The notes under the pieces are model-generated. The model saw only the letters and a list, made by a program, of their open reading frames with translations, was not told the origin of the DNA and searched no databases. A stretch of 64,000 bases of DNA from a virus: IMG/VR virus record IMGVR_UViG_3300020183_005033, positions 32,001 through 96,000 of that record, one strand, 5' to 3'. Each line of letters begins with the position of its first letter. Within the stretch, counting starts at the first letter, position 1. A program made the translations under genes and the position numbers. Shown here piece by piece: positions 9,098-17,717 of the stretch.

Positions 9098-10695
9098 TGG
9101 CTAAGAAGAGATTCAACCTCAAGGCTAAGCACAAATCCAAGAAAGGCGGCTTGACCGCTGAAGGAAGACGTGCCTATAACCAAGCCACTGGTAGCAACCT
9201 TAAACGCCCTCAGCCAGAAGGTGGCTCAAGAAAAAAGAGCTATTGCGCCAGAAGCAAAGGTCAGATGAATGACCATAATATTGACTGCTCAAAGACTCCG
9301 GACAAAAGAATTTGTTTGGCTAGAAGACGTTGGAAATGCAACAAGTCTCTTCAAAAGTCAGACATGCCTCCAAAAGCAAAACTAGCCGCATTCCTTAGAG
9401 AGCACTTAGATAATAAGCTTGCTCTCAAAGAAGCAGAACCAACCATCACAAAATCCAATGAACTTGTTGGCGGTAAGGGCGATACTAAAGACATTGCAGA
9501 TTTCGACCCTAAACAAGTCCAAATGGGCCTCAAAGTAGAGTTAGAGCATACAGACAATCTTGAAGTTGCAAAAGAAATCGTTGCTGACCATCTTTCCGAA
9601 GACCCTTTTTATTACAGCAAGCTTAAAGGTTCTGGTTTGGCAGATGAGCTTAAGAAGGCAGGCCGCTGTTGGGAGGGTTATGAGCCAACCCCCGGCAAGA
9701 AGCCATATTCAAAAGGTTCGTGTCGCAAGATTAAGAAGTCTTTAAAACAAAAACTTATAAAGGCTCTTGCCTGTAAAGGCGAAAAGCTAAATAAATCTAT
9801 TTCTGCTATGGCTATTGAGTCCGGCGAATATCAAGGCGAACCTTTAGACAGCCACCACCATAACCGTATTGGTCAAGAGTACCGAGGTATGGCTAAACAA
9901 GCCTTCACCGAAGGAAAGAAGGCAAAAGCCAGAGAGTATCACGAGAAGGCTCTCAAGCACTTTCAGATGGCTGATAAGATGGGCTTCCAACAGGAAGAGC
10001 CACTCGAAAAAAAAATAAGCGATAAGTTGCGTACACTTGGAATAGGTGCTGCTATAACTGCAGGGTCAATTGCAACGCCTAATCAAACTTCTATGTTTGC
10101 AGACAAACCGCCTGCAACTGAAAAAAAGTTAGAGGCACCTCCTGTAGCTCCAGAAAAAATTACTAAACTTTCTCAACTATCTGCTGGCAACCCTCTTCAT
10201 ATGTTTTTGTGGAATATTGCCCAAAAAGAGTCAAGCGGCGGAGAAAATACAAATCATCCCACAATCACAGACCCAAAATCAATGCACTATGGCATGAGAG
10301 CTATTGGCAATTTTGCTTTAATGCCATTGACTGTGCAAGAATTTACAAACAGATATAAACGAAACGGCGGTAAAGACCCACGTATTTTAAAAATCTTAAA
10401 AATGAATGCACCGTCAGGCGAAATTAATACTTATCTTGAAAAAAACCCAGATATAGAGTTTGAGTTGGCTGGAAATGCTGCAAACCATGTGTTAAAAACT
10501 CATGGATATACCCCAGAGGCGGCATATGCTTGGAAGTATGGACATAACAAAACTGCTCAAAGTGTAAAATCTCCTGAGAGTCAGGCAAAAATGAAATCAG
10601 ATAGTTATGTAAGTGATTTTAAACAATTATTAGAAGGTGGTTCTCCAAAAGGATTGACGCCAGCAACTAAAATGCCAAAACCAAATATCAAGTAA
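9097..10695 (+). CDS. Multidomain putative internal head polyprotein with C-terminal lysozyme/SLT-like domain
   Basis: DUF6321-like GGL...RKKSYCAR...RRWKC, DUF5661-like MGLKVELEHT...DHL.EDP.YY, CWEGY motif, then IAQKESSGG...AIGNFALMP...AYAWKYG; modules separated by xxK[SA] sites. Confidence 0.7.
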   Translation: MAKKRFNLKAKHKSKKGGLTAEGRRAYNQATGSNLKRPQPEGGSRKKSYCARSKGQMNDHNIDCSKTPDKRICLARRRWKCNKSLQKSDMPPKAKLAAFLREHLDNKLALKEAEPTITKSNELVGGKGDTKDIADFDPKQVQMGLKVELEHTDNLEVAKEIVADHLSEDPFYYSKLKGSGLADELKKAGRCWEGYEPTPGKKPYSKGSCRKIKKSLKQKLIKALACKGEKLNKSISAMAIESGEYQGEPLDSHHHNRIGQEYRGMAKQAFTEGKKAKAREYHEKALKHFQMADKMGFQQEEPLEKKISDKLRTLGIGAAITAGSIATPNQTSMFADKPPATEKKLEAPPVAPEKITKLSQLSAGNPLHMFLWNIAQKESSGGENTNHPTITDPKSMHYGMRAIGNFALMPLTVQEFTNRYKRNGGKDPRILKILKMNAPSGEINTYLEKNPDIEFELAGNAANHVLKTHGYTPEAAYAWKYGHNKTAQSVKSPESQAKMKSDSYVSDFKQLLEGGSPKGLTPATKMPKPNIK

Positions 10696-10703
10696 GGTGT
10701 GTT

Positions 10704-13475
10704 ATGAACTTGCCAGTTTTCCCAAGAACACAAATTACTCACCCGCCTGCATATAAAGGCAAACCAAAACTATATCCTATTATTTATCCCCATGAGCCTT
10801 TAATGAAGGCAGGATTCAAACAACTTAAGCAGATGTTCCCTAACACAAATGAACACGACCATGTTTTGAAATGGGCTGCCGACAATATAAAACACAATGA
10901 TTTGCAGAGTTTATACTTAAGACATTACAAACAAAATCCTCAAATTCACACAGAAGATAATAAAAACAAATTAGGTCACATTAATGGAATGATGGACATT
11001 TCTTCTGAAATGAAGAATGTCAAACTTGATAAAAATGATACTCTTGAGTCGGCTTTCAAGAAATACGATGATGCAGAACATGCTTGGCGACAAGGAAGTG
11101 GAAGTAGATATATCGAGGCTGAAGGTAAGCCAGTCGTTGACTTTGGAGATGGATGGGGTTGGTTTGATTTAGGAAAAAATATTTGTAAAAAAGAAGGCGG
11201 TGCTATGGGGCACTGCGGAAATACAGGTGACTCCCACGACGATGACAAAATACTTTCATTAAGAAAAGTTGTAAAAGTTGGAGACAAAACTTACCATGAG
11301 CCAGCACTGACTTTTATTAATAATAAAGGTTGGTTAGGGGAAATGAAGGGAAGGGCTAACTCTAAGCCTGCAGAATCATATCACAAAAGAATTGTTGAAT
11401 TAATGAAACATCCCGATATTAAGGGGATGGTTGGGGCTGGTTATATGCCAGAAAACAACTTTCATTTTGATGATTTATCTCAAGAACACAAAAATCAAGT
11501 CAGAGTGTCAAATCCAAATTTCGTTGACTTAAGAAGTGATGATTGGGATGAAAAACAAAAAATATTTGCATCTGACTCTGTTCCAAAAATTGAAAAATAT
11601 CAACATACTGTAAAAGATATTTTTCAAGGAAAAAGATTAAAAGAAGGATTAGATTCTGGAAAGTTAAATATTGATGATTTAGGAGTAAATGACTTAAGGC
11701 TGTTAACAAAACATCGTCTTTTTCAGAAAAATCATCTTTTAGAACTTATTACAGAACAGGACAGTTTTAAAGATGGTCGGTCAAGAGCGCATGCTTTGAT
11801 GGCGGCTAAAAATTCTAAACATTTAGACGACGAAGTGATTAGTCATTGGGTTAATAGAAATGCTTCTTCAGCAGCTCAAGTTTTAGGTAATAAATTAAAT
11901 GCACAACATATTGACACTATTGTACAAAATAACCCAGACGCAGCAGCAGAATATCTCAAAAACCACAAAGACTTTAACGCACAACATATTCAAACTATTG
12001 CAGAAAACAATCCATATTCAGCAGTAAAACATCTCAAAGACCATCCTTTATTTAACGCACAACATATTGACACTATTGTACAAAATGCCCCAAGGGCAGC
12101 AGCAGAATATCTCAAAGACCACCCTTTACTTAACGCACAACATATTCAAACTATTGCAGAAAAAGACCCAGATGCAGCAGCATATTATCTCAAAGACCAC
12201 CCCATCTACAAAGCCAAATACGGCAAAGTACAAAAATCATTACAAAAAACACAACAACTTGAAAAAGTCCTAGTCTCTGAACCATCAGAAGGCGTCGCCA
12301 AGGTTGCTAAGTATGACGGCATGAGGTCGCATGAGACTCTTGTTAGTACGTCCCTAGTACCTCATCAACGCTTTGGGAACGTCTACGTCCATCACTTTGC
12401 ATCTGATGATAACACTCACGCTCGACATTTAGTGTCGATGTATCACGACCCACACAAAGACGGCGTGTCTGTCCTCCATGCTGCTAAACAAAACGAAGAC
12501 GAGCCAATGACTGTCTATACAGCAGCAACTCGTCCTGAGTTCCAAGGCAACAAACTCAACTACTTGGCACTCAGAGAAGCAGTCAAGGCTCACGGCACAC
12601 TGCATTCAGACGTTATGCAGTCTAAGCCAGCCTTCAAAAACTGGAACAGACTCAAGCAAGAATCTGGATTTAAGGTCAACCTTACAAAACCATACAGAGA
12701 AGCGTCTTCAGACGATGCCTCTCTGTTGCCCCATATTGCTCAGTACAGCAAACAGGCTGAAAGGTCGCAAGACATGGAAAAGGCTGTAACTCCTGAACAA
12801 CAAAAAGAAAATATTAAAAAACAAAGAGAACTTAAAAATAAAGAGATTATTGCAAAACTCAAGTCAAAAGTTGTAGACAAGGCTCCTGCCAAAGACCCCT
12901 CTACACAGCCCAAACTTCTTATGTCAGAAGACGATTCACCTGCAGGCATTCCAATCTATCTTAAGACACATCCAAGCCATGACTCCCTTGCAGGCGTCCA
13001 TGTCCATGTTGATAAGCTACCTAGCTTAGAAAACTATGGTTTACTAGACGAACCAAGAATCGACAGAGCATTGGACTCGGCAGACTCAAAAGGCCACAAA
13101 GCAGTTTACGTTAGTGCAGACCAAATAGAAGAGTCTGCTAAAAAACCTAAACTTCAATTAGTGAAGAGTCTCAGAAAGGCACTTTGGCCGTCTGCCCCTA
13201 AAGTCGTTAATGGTCAGTACGCAAAACCATTCTCAATGGGCGGCACCAAAAAAGACAAAAAGCCCATTCAAAGTCACTTTGGTCACCCAGACCATGCCAA
13301 GTTTAATGCTCAAGAGCATCTCGATGCTTATTGGAGACACCAAGAAAAGATTAAGCAAAATCCCAAGATGGAGTCATCTCTTGTGAACTTCCATAAGCAA
13401 CAGGCTCAGCAGCATTGGGACAAGAGCAAAGAGCTAGTAGATGCTCACGATACGAGTCGGCAAATCAAACAGTAA
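10704..13475 (+). CDS. Multidomain polyprotein: PcfJ-like domain, 26-aa helical repeats, GNAT-like domain
   Basis: EGGAMGHC...SLR...EMKGRANSKP; four NAQHI repeats; TRPEFQG...LHSDVMQS...W; LMKA/VQKS/MEKA/LVKS/LRKA boundaries. Confidence 0.7.
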   Translation: MNLPVFPRTQITHPPAYKGKPKLYPIIYPHEPLMKAGFKQLKQMFPNTNEHDHVLKWAADNIKHNDLQSLYLRHYKQNPQIHTEDNKNKLGHINGMMDISSEMKNVKLDKNDTLESAFKKYDDAEHAWRQGSGSRYIEAEGKPVVDFGDGWGWFDLGKNICKKEGGAMGHCGNTGDSHDDDKILSLRKVVKVGDKTYHEPALTFINNKGWLGEMKGRANSKPAESYHKRIVELMKHPDIKGMVGAGYMPENNFHFDDLSQEHKNQVRVSNPNFVDLRSDDWDEKQKIFASDSVPKIEKYQHTVKDIFQGKRLKEGLDSGKLNIDDLGVNDLRLLTKHRLFQKNHLLELITEQDSFKDGRSRAHALMAAKNSKHLDDEVISHWVNRNASSAAQVLGNKLNAQHIDTIVQNNPDAAAEYLKNHKDFNAQHIQTIAENNPYSAVKHLKDHPLFNAQHIDTIVQNAPRAAAEYLKDHPLLNAQHIQTIAEKDPDAAAYYLKDHPIYKAKYGKVQKSLQKTQQLEKVLVSEPSEGVAKVAKYDGMRSHETLVSTSLVPHQRFGNVYVHHFASDDNTHARHLVSMYHDPHKDGVSVLHAAKQNEDEPMTVYTAATRPEFQGNKLNYLALREAVKAHGTLHSDVMQSKPAFKNWNRLKQESGFKVNLTKPYREASSDDASLLPHIAQYSKQAERSQDMEKAVTPEQQKENIKKQRELKNKEIIAKLKSKVVDKAPAKDPSTQPKLLMSEDDSPAGIPIYLKTHPSHDSLAGVHVHVDKLPSLENYGLLDEPRIDRALDSADSKGHKAVYVSADQIEESAKKPKLQLVKSLRKALWPSAPKVVNGQYAKPFSMGGTKKDKKPIQSHFGHPDHAKFNAQEHLDAYWRHQEKIKQNPKMESSLVNFHKQQAQQHWDKSKELVDAHDTSRQIKQ
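11898..12209 (+). repeat. 78-bp (26-aa) tandem repeat, 4 copies
   Basis: NAQHI[DQ]TI[VA]xxxPxxAxxxLK[DN]Hxxx units with near-identical AACGCACAACATATT DNA. Confidence 0.93.
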
Positions 13476-13532
13476 CTATAGTTTCTATTAAGTAATTTAA
13501 AAGAAACTATAATTTCAGTTATAGAGGACTAT

Positions 13533-13787
13533 GTGTCAGACAAAGAAGAAGAATTGCCAGACAATGTCTATCCTTACAGTCACTTCAGGCTTAGGCAGTT
13601 CTCTGAAGAAGTCAAAAGGCAATTGCCCAAGGAGCTATGGGATAACCCGCCAGATGCCGACCGCAACGAAAAGATTAAAAAAGCCCTAAATAAACAATCA
13701 AACATTGTTGATAGGATAAAATGGGACAGGGCCGTTACGACTCAGAAGAGCAAGGCAAATCTTAAACTTGTGAAAGACGAAGAATGA
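13533..13787 (+). CDS. Small hypothetical protein
   Basis: GAGGA RBS, GTG start, stop overlaps the next ATG; ends NLKLVKDEE. Confidence 0.55.
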   Translation: MSDKEEELPDNVYPYSHFRLRQFSEEVKRQLPKELWDNPPDADRNEKIKKALNKQSNIVDRIKWDRAVTTQKSKANLKLVKDEE

Positions 13788-16700
13788 AGCCATTGTTTTC
13801 ACAAAAATTTGCAATTTTAACGGCTGAAAATCCCCGTTACGGGTCAGCCGAAGGTGGAAACGCGGCTCTTGAGCAAGAAATGAAGGCTAAAAACCTTAAG
13901 TTTACCCCCATGAAGGGTAAGTACGGCACCCCTGAAAACTCTTATTTAGTAGAAAATCCAGACCATCAAGACATTTTGTCTTGGGGCAAGAAATACGGCC
14001 AAGATTCTGTAATTGTTTCTGACGGCGGTTTACACAAGATGGTCTATACAAATGGGCCGCACGAGGGGCTATGGCATGAAGGGCATTCAATTACCATTCA
14101 TAACCAAGAGCCAGAAGACTTCTATTCAACTATTAACTTGAACAACAAGCCAACCCATTTCACAATTGACTTCGATATGGATAAAAAGCATGGTAATCCT
14201 ATGAAAAAAACATTAAACAAAATGCTAAAGTCTTTGTTTCCTCAAAAATTACCTTTGTATTCTGAGTACATAGAACCACTACAAAAGGGCGAGAAGTTTC
14301 CTCATTTTTTAAAATTCATGGGCAACCACCCTAAAGCCCAAGAAACAGCTCAATGGGCTGATGAAAATATAAAACACAGAAATTTGGCTGAGTTAGCTAT
14401 GCGTCATGCAAAAACTAAGCCAGAAGGTCTTAACGACGAAGAAAAAACTCACGTTAAGCACTTTAATGATTCACTGCATATGCCAGAAGTTCAAAAGGCT
14501 GCCGGTTTGATAACAAGTCAGCATGATTTTGCTAGTGGAATTGGGCTATTGAAGGAAGCAGAATCTGCTTATCAAAAAAGACATGCAAAAGAAGCCCCTA
14601 CGTTAGTTCCGACGGAAGGAGAAAAGTTATTAGATTTTGGCGATGGAGTTGGTGTTTATAATTTAGGTAAAAGCAAAAACGCAAACGAAGCAAAAGCAAT
14701 GGGCCATTGTGCTACTCCGCATAAAGGCGGAGAATTGTGGTCTATTAGACGCGACCACGGTAATGGAATGGTTGAGCCTTTAGTAACTATATCGCACGAA
14801 GGCGGCTATCTTGGTGAGATGAAAGGAAAACATAATTGGAAGCCATCAACAAAACATCACGGACATATTGCTAAGTTGTTGGCGTCCGATAAGATTAAAG
14901 GGTTTGTTGGAGGAGGGTATGCTCCAGAGAGTAACTTTGAAATTTCTGATTTAAGTGAAGGACTTAGGAATAAATTATTAGAATATAAGCCATCTTTAAT
15001 TCAAAAAGTTTACAAAGAAAATTTGCCAAAAGGGTTTCAAGGAGACTATAGTCATACTCCTGAAATTAAAAGTATTTTTAATACAAGTGATTTAGCTGCT
15101 CAACAAAAATATTTAGCAAAATTTAGTAAAAATACGCCCAGTCATATAAATGTTCGCTACAACGTAGCAAAAAACCCAAATACACACCCAGACATTCTTC
15201 ATAAACTAGCAGTAGACTCTGACGAATATGTTCGCACAGGCATAGCAGAAAACCCAAATACACACCCAGACATTCTTCATAAACTAGCAGTAGACTCTGA
15301 CGAAGATGTTCGCAGAGGCATAGCAGAAAACCCAAATACACACCCAGACATTCTTCATAAACTAGCAGTAGACTCTGACGAATATGTTCGCAGTAACGTA
15401 GCAAAAAACCCAAATACACACCCAGACATTCTTCATAAACTAGCAGAAGACTCTGACGAAGATGTTCGCTACAATGTAGCAAAAAGCTCAAATACACGCC
15501 CAGACATTCTTCATAAACTAGCAGTAGACTCTGACAAATATGTTCGCACAGGCATAGCAAAAAACCCAAATACACACCCAGACATTCTTCATAAACTAGC
15601 AGTAGACTCTGACGAATATGTTCGCACAGGCATAGCAGAAAACCCAAATACACACCCAGACATTCTTCATAAACTAGCAGTAGACTCTGACGAAGATGTT
15701 CGCAGAGGCATAGCAAAAAACCCAAATACACACCCAGACATTCTTCATAAACTAGCAGTAGACTCTGACGAATATGTTCGCACAGGCATAGCAGAAAACC
15801 CAAATACACACCCAGACATTCTTCATAAACTAGCAGTAGACTCTGACGAAGATGTTCGCAGAGGCATAGCAAAAAACCCAAATACACACCCAGACCTTCT
15901 CCACAAACTAGCAGTAGACTCTGACAAATATGTTCGCACAGGCGTAACACTAAACCCACAATTCAAAAATTTACCGCTAGAAATACAACAAAAAGCAAGA
16001 CCACTTGTAAAGACACCTATTCAAAAAATTATTGCCATGATTAATGATGGCGAAAATAACCCAGACTCTGCTCGTCAAGCAACAGAAGAACTAAAATTAC
16101 GCCGCCAAGAAAAATACGACAAAATTCTTTCTCCAGAAGGAAACTTAAGTGATATTCAGCATTTATCTGAATCACACGATAATGATATTGCAAAACGAGC
16201 TAGAGATGAGTTGAAGCGCAGAGGATTACAAAAATCTCTTAAAAAATCAGACTCTCCTAAACACCTAATCCATTTCTCTACTACCCCTAAACTCACCACC
16301 CTAGACCCAGAGTTTCAAGGGACGGCGGGCAGGCACTCTCCTGAGACTAAGCACGGCAAACCCACCCACCCTAGAGTCTACTTCTATGAAGAAGGTACGC
16401 CGACAGAGTCAGTAGTGACAGGTGGAGCTAAGTCAAAATATATCATCAAACACCCCGGAGATGATAAAATCATTGATATTGCTAAAGACACCGAAGGCTT
16501 ACAACAACAAGCTAAGGAGCAATGGCTGCAGAAACCAATTGGTAGTATGCAGGATGCTTACTTTAAGTTGTTGAAAGATAAAGGTTATTTAGGCTTTAAG
16601 AACTCGGCAAGTGGTCTTCCTAATGTAGTGGCGATGTTTCACGCAACCCCGGTACACGCAGAAGTCCCCATGCCAAAAGATATGTCAGCAAACCCAGATT

Positions 16701-17611
16701 GGACAAAGGCGGAAGTACCTATGAGTCTCAAAAAGTCAGATGTAAAAGAAGCCGTAGAGAAAATCAAAGGCCCCGCCAAAGTTAATGAAGTCCTAGACGC
16801 TGCTCAACCTGACATGCGCTCTAAAATTCTCGCTGCTCTTCGTAAAGAGAAACTTGCTAAGATGAATGGTACAGGAATCCCTGGGACTGGTGGAGCCACC
16901 CCTCCTGCAATGCGTCCACCTGTACCCGCAGCTCCTGCATCTATGGCTATGTCAAAAGCCGATGAGTCTGAAAGCCATATGGCTAAAAAAGACCTCAAAG
17001 ACATCATGGAGTATGCTCAAGCTCTTGATAAGATGGTTGTTGAATCAGAAGACCTTGAGGATTGGGTAGACTCAAAGATTACAGTTGCAAGACAGTATCT
17101 TTCTGATATTGCTCATTATTTGTCATACGAGCATGGTCAACCAACTGAAGAGTTGGACAAAGGCGACGTTGTTAGTATAAAAGACAAAAAAGTCATTTCA
17201 ACTGACACTAAAGCAGCTCCTAAAACTATGGTTGCCAAACAACCAACTGCCGCTGTTTACAAACGAGGAACGGAACTCGCAATTGATAGTGGTTGGAAAG
17301 GCGATGCCGGAAAAACAGGCGGAAAGCCTGACCTTTCTCTTGTAAAGTCTAAAGCTAAGTTCGAGCGTTGCGTCCTTGCCGTTAAACAAAAATCAAAAGA
17401 CAAAGTTAACCCATGGGCAGTCTGCCATGCTTCCGTTGGTGATGCTAAAAAATCAGAAGACCTCGAAAAAGCTGAAATGAAGGTTAAAGAGCAAGAGAAG
17501 CCCACGAAGGGAATGCCTCAAGCTAAGCAACTCAAGGCCGATGCCGACTTAGAGAAGATTAAAGAAGGCGCAGAAAACGTAGCTAAGGCTGCGGATAAAA
17601 AAAAAAAGTGA
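13784..17611 (+). CDS. Large multidomain polyprotein: DUF3293-like, PcfJ-like, LRV/HEAT-like repeats, ART-like and small head-protein modules
   Basis: FAILTAENP...GKYGTPENSY...YGQDSVI; EAKAMGHC...EMKGKHNWKP; ten 26-aa repeats; LIHFS...LDPEFQG...RVYFY; many LxK[SAG] boundaries; ends in an A11 run. Confidence 0.75.
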   Translation: MKPLFSQKFAILTAENPRYGSAEGGNAALEQEMKAKNLKFTPMKGKYGTPENSYLVENPDHQDILSWGKKYGQDSVIVSDGGLHKMVYTNGPHEGLWHEGHSITIHNQEPEDFYSTINLNNKPTHFTIDFDMDKKHGNPMKKTLNKMLKSLFPQKLPLYSEYIEPLQKGEKFPHFLKFMGNHPKAQETAQWADENIKHRNLAELAMRHAKTKPEGLNDEEKTHVKHFNDSLHMPEVQKAAGLITSQHDFASGIGLLKEAESAYQKRHAKEAPTLVPTEGEKLLDFGDGVGVYNLGKSKNANEAKAMGHCATPHKGGELWSIRRDHGNGMVEPLVTISHEGGYLGEMKGKHNWKPSTKHHGHIAKLLASDKIKGFVGGGYAPESNFEISDLSEGLRNKLLEYKPSLIQKVYKENLPKGFQGDYSHTPEIKSIFNTSDLAAQQKYLAKFSKNTPSHINVRYNVAKNPNTHPDILHKLAVDSDEYVRTGIAENPNTHPDILHKLAVDSDEDVRRGIAENPNTHPDILHKLAVDSDEYVRSNVAKNPNTHPDILHKLAEDSDEDVRYNVAKSSNTRPDILHKLAVDSDKYVRTGIAKNPNTHPDILHKLAVDSDEYVRTGIAENPNTHPDILHKLAVDSDEDVRRGIAKNPNTHPDILHKLAVDSDEYVRTGIAENPNTHPDILHKLAVDSDEDVRRGIAKNPNTHPDLLHKLAVDSDKYVRTGVTLNPQFKNLPLEIQQKARPLVKTPIQKIIAMINDGENNPDSARQATEELKLRRQEKYDKILSPEGNLSDIQHLSESHDNDIAKRARDELKRRGLQKSLKKSDSPKHLIHFSTTPKLTTLDPEFQGTAGRHSPETKHGKPTHPRVYFYEEGTPTESVVTGGAKSKYIIKHPGDDKIIDIAKDTEGLQQQAKEQWLQKPIGSMQDAYFKLLKDKGYLGFKNSASGLPNVVAMFHATPVHAEVPMPKDMSANPDWTKAEVPMSLKKSDVKEAVEKIKGPAKVNEVLDAAQPDMRSKILAALRKEKLAKMNGTGIPGTGGATPPAMRPPVPAAPASMAMSKADESESHMAKKDLKDIMEYAQALDKMVVESEDLEDWVDSKITVARQYLSDIAHYLSYEHGQPTEELDKGDVVSIKDKKVISTDTKAAPKTMVAKQPTAAVYKRGTELAIDSGWKGDAGKTGGKPDLSLVKSKAKFERCVLAVKQKSKDKVNPWAVCHASVGDAKKSEDLEKAEMKVKEQEKPTKGMPQAKQLKADADLEKIKEGAENVAKAADKKKK
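15152..15958 (+). repeat. 78-bp coding tandem repeat, 10 full copies plus a partial (LRV/HEAT-like)
   Basis: VRxxxA[KE]NPNTHPDILHKLAVDSD[EK][YD]; first unit starts at 15152 and the eleventh at 15932. Confidence 0.97.
17597..17607 (+). other. A11 homopolymer: candidate slippage/frameshift site (or sequencing error)
   Basis: Losing one A puts ORF 13784 in frame with ORF 17718; that frame is stop-free from the run to 17718. Confidence 0.65.
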
Positions 17612-17717
17612 ACTGAACAAATCAGGTTATTTCAAAGAAGACAAGAAGACTCAACTTCCCAAGTGGCATGACCCTCTCAAAGAACAGAGAGAGGCCGCTG
17701 CACAGGAAGAACGTGAG

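Noticed and set aside
10007-10015. A9 run as a slippage site
   Set aside because: The ORF reads through in frame to its lysozyme-like domain, so no shift is needed
15152-15958. CRISPR array or diversity-generating retroelement
   Set aside because: Units are contiguous in-frame coding repeats without unique spacers; no cas or reverse transcriptase gene and no separate template repeat seen
15123-15959. 278-aa minus-strand ORF of Leu/Cys-rich repeats
   Set aside because: Antisense shadow of the 78-bp coding repeat; it stays open only because the repeat unit lacks a stop in that frame
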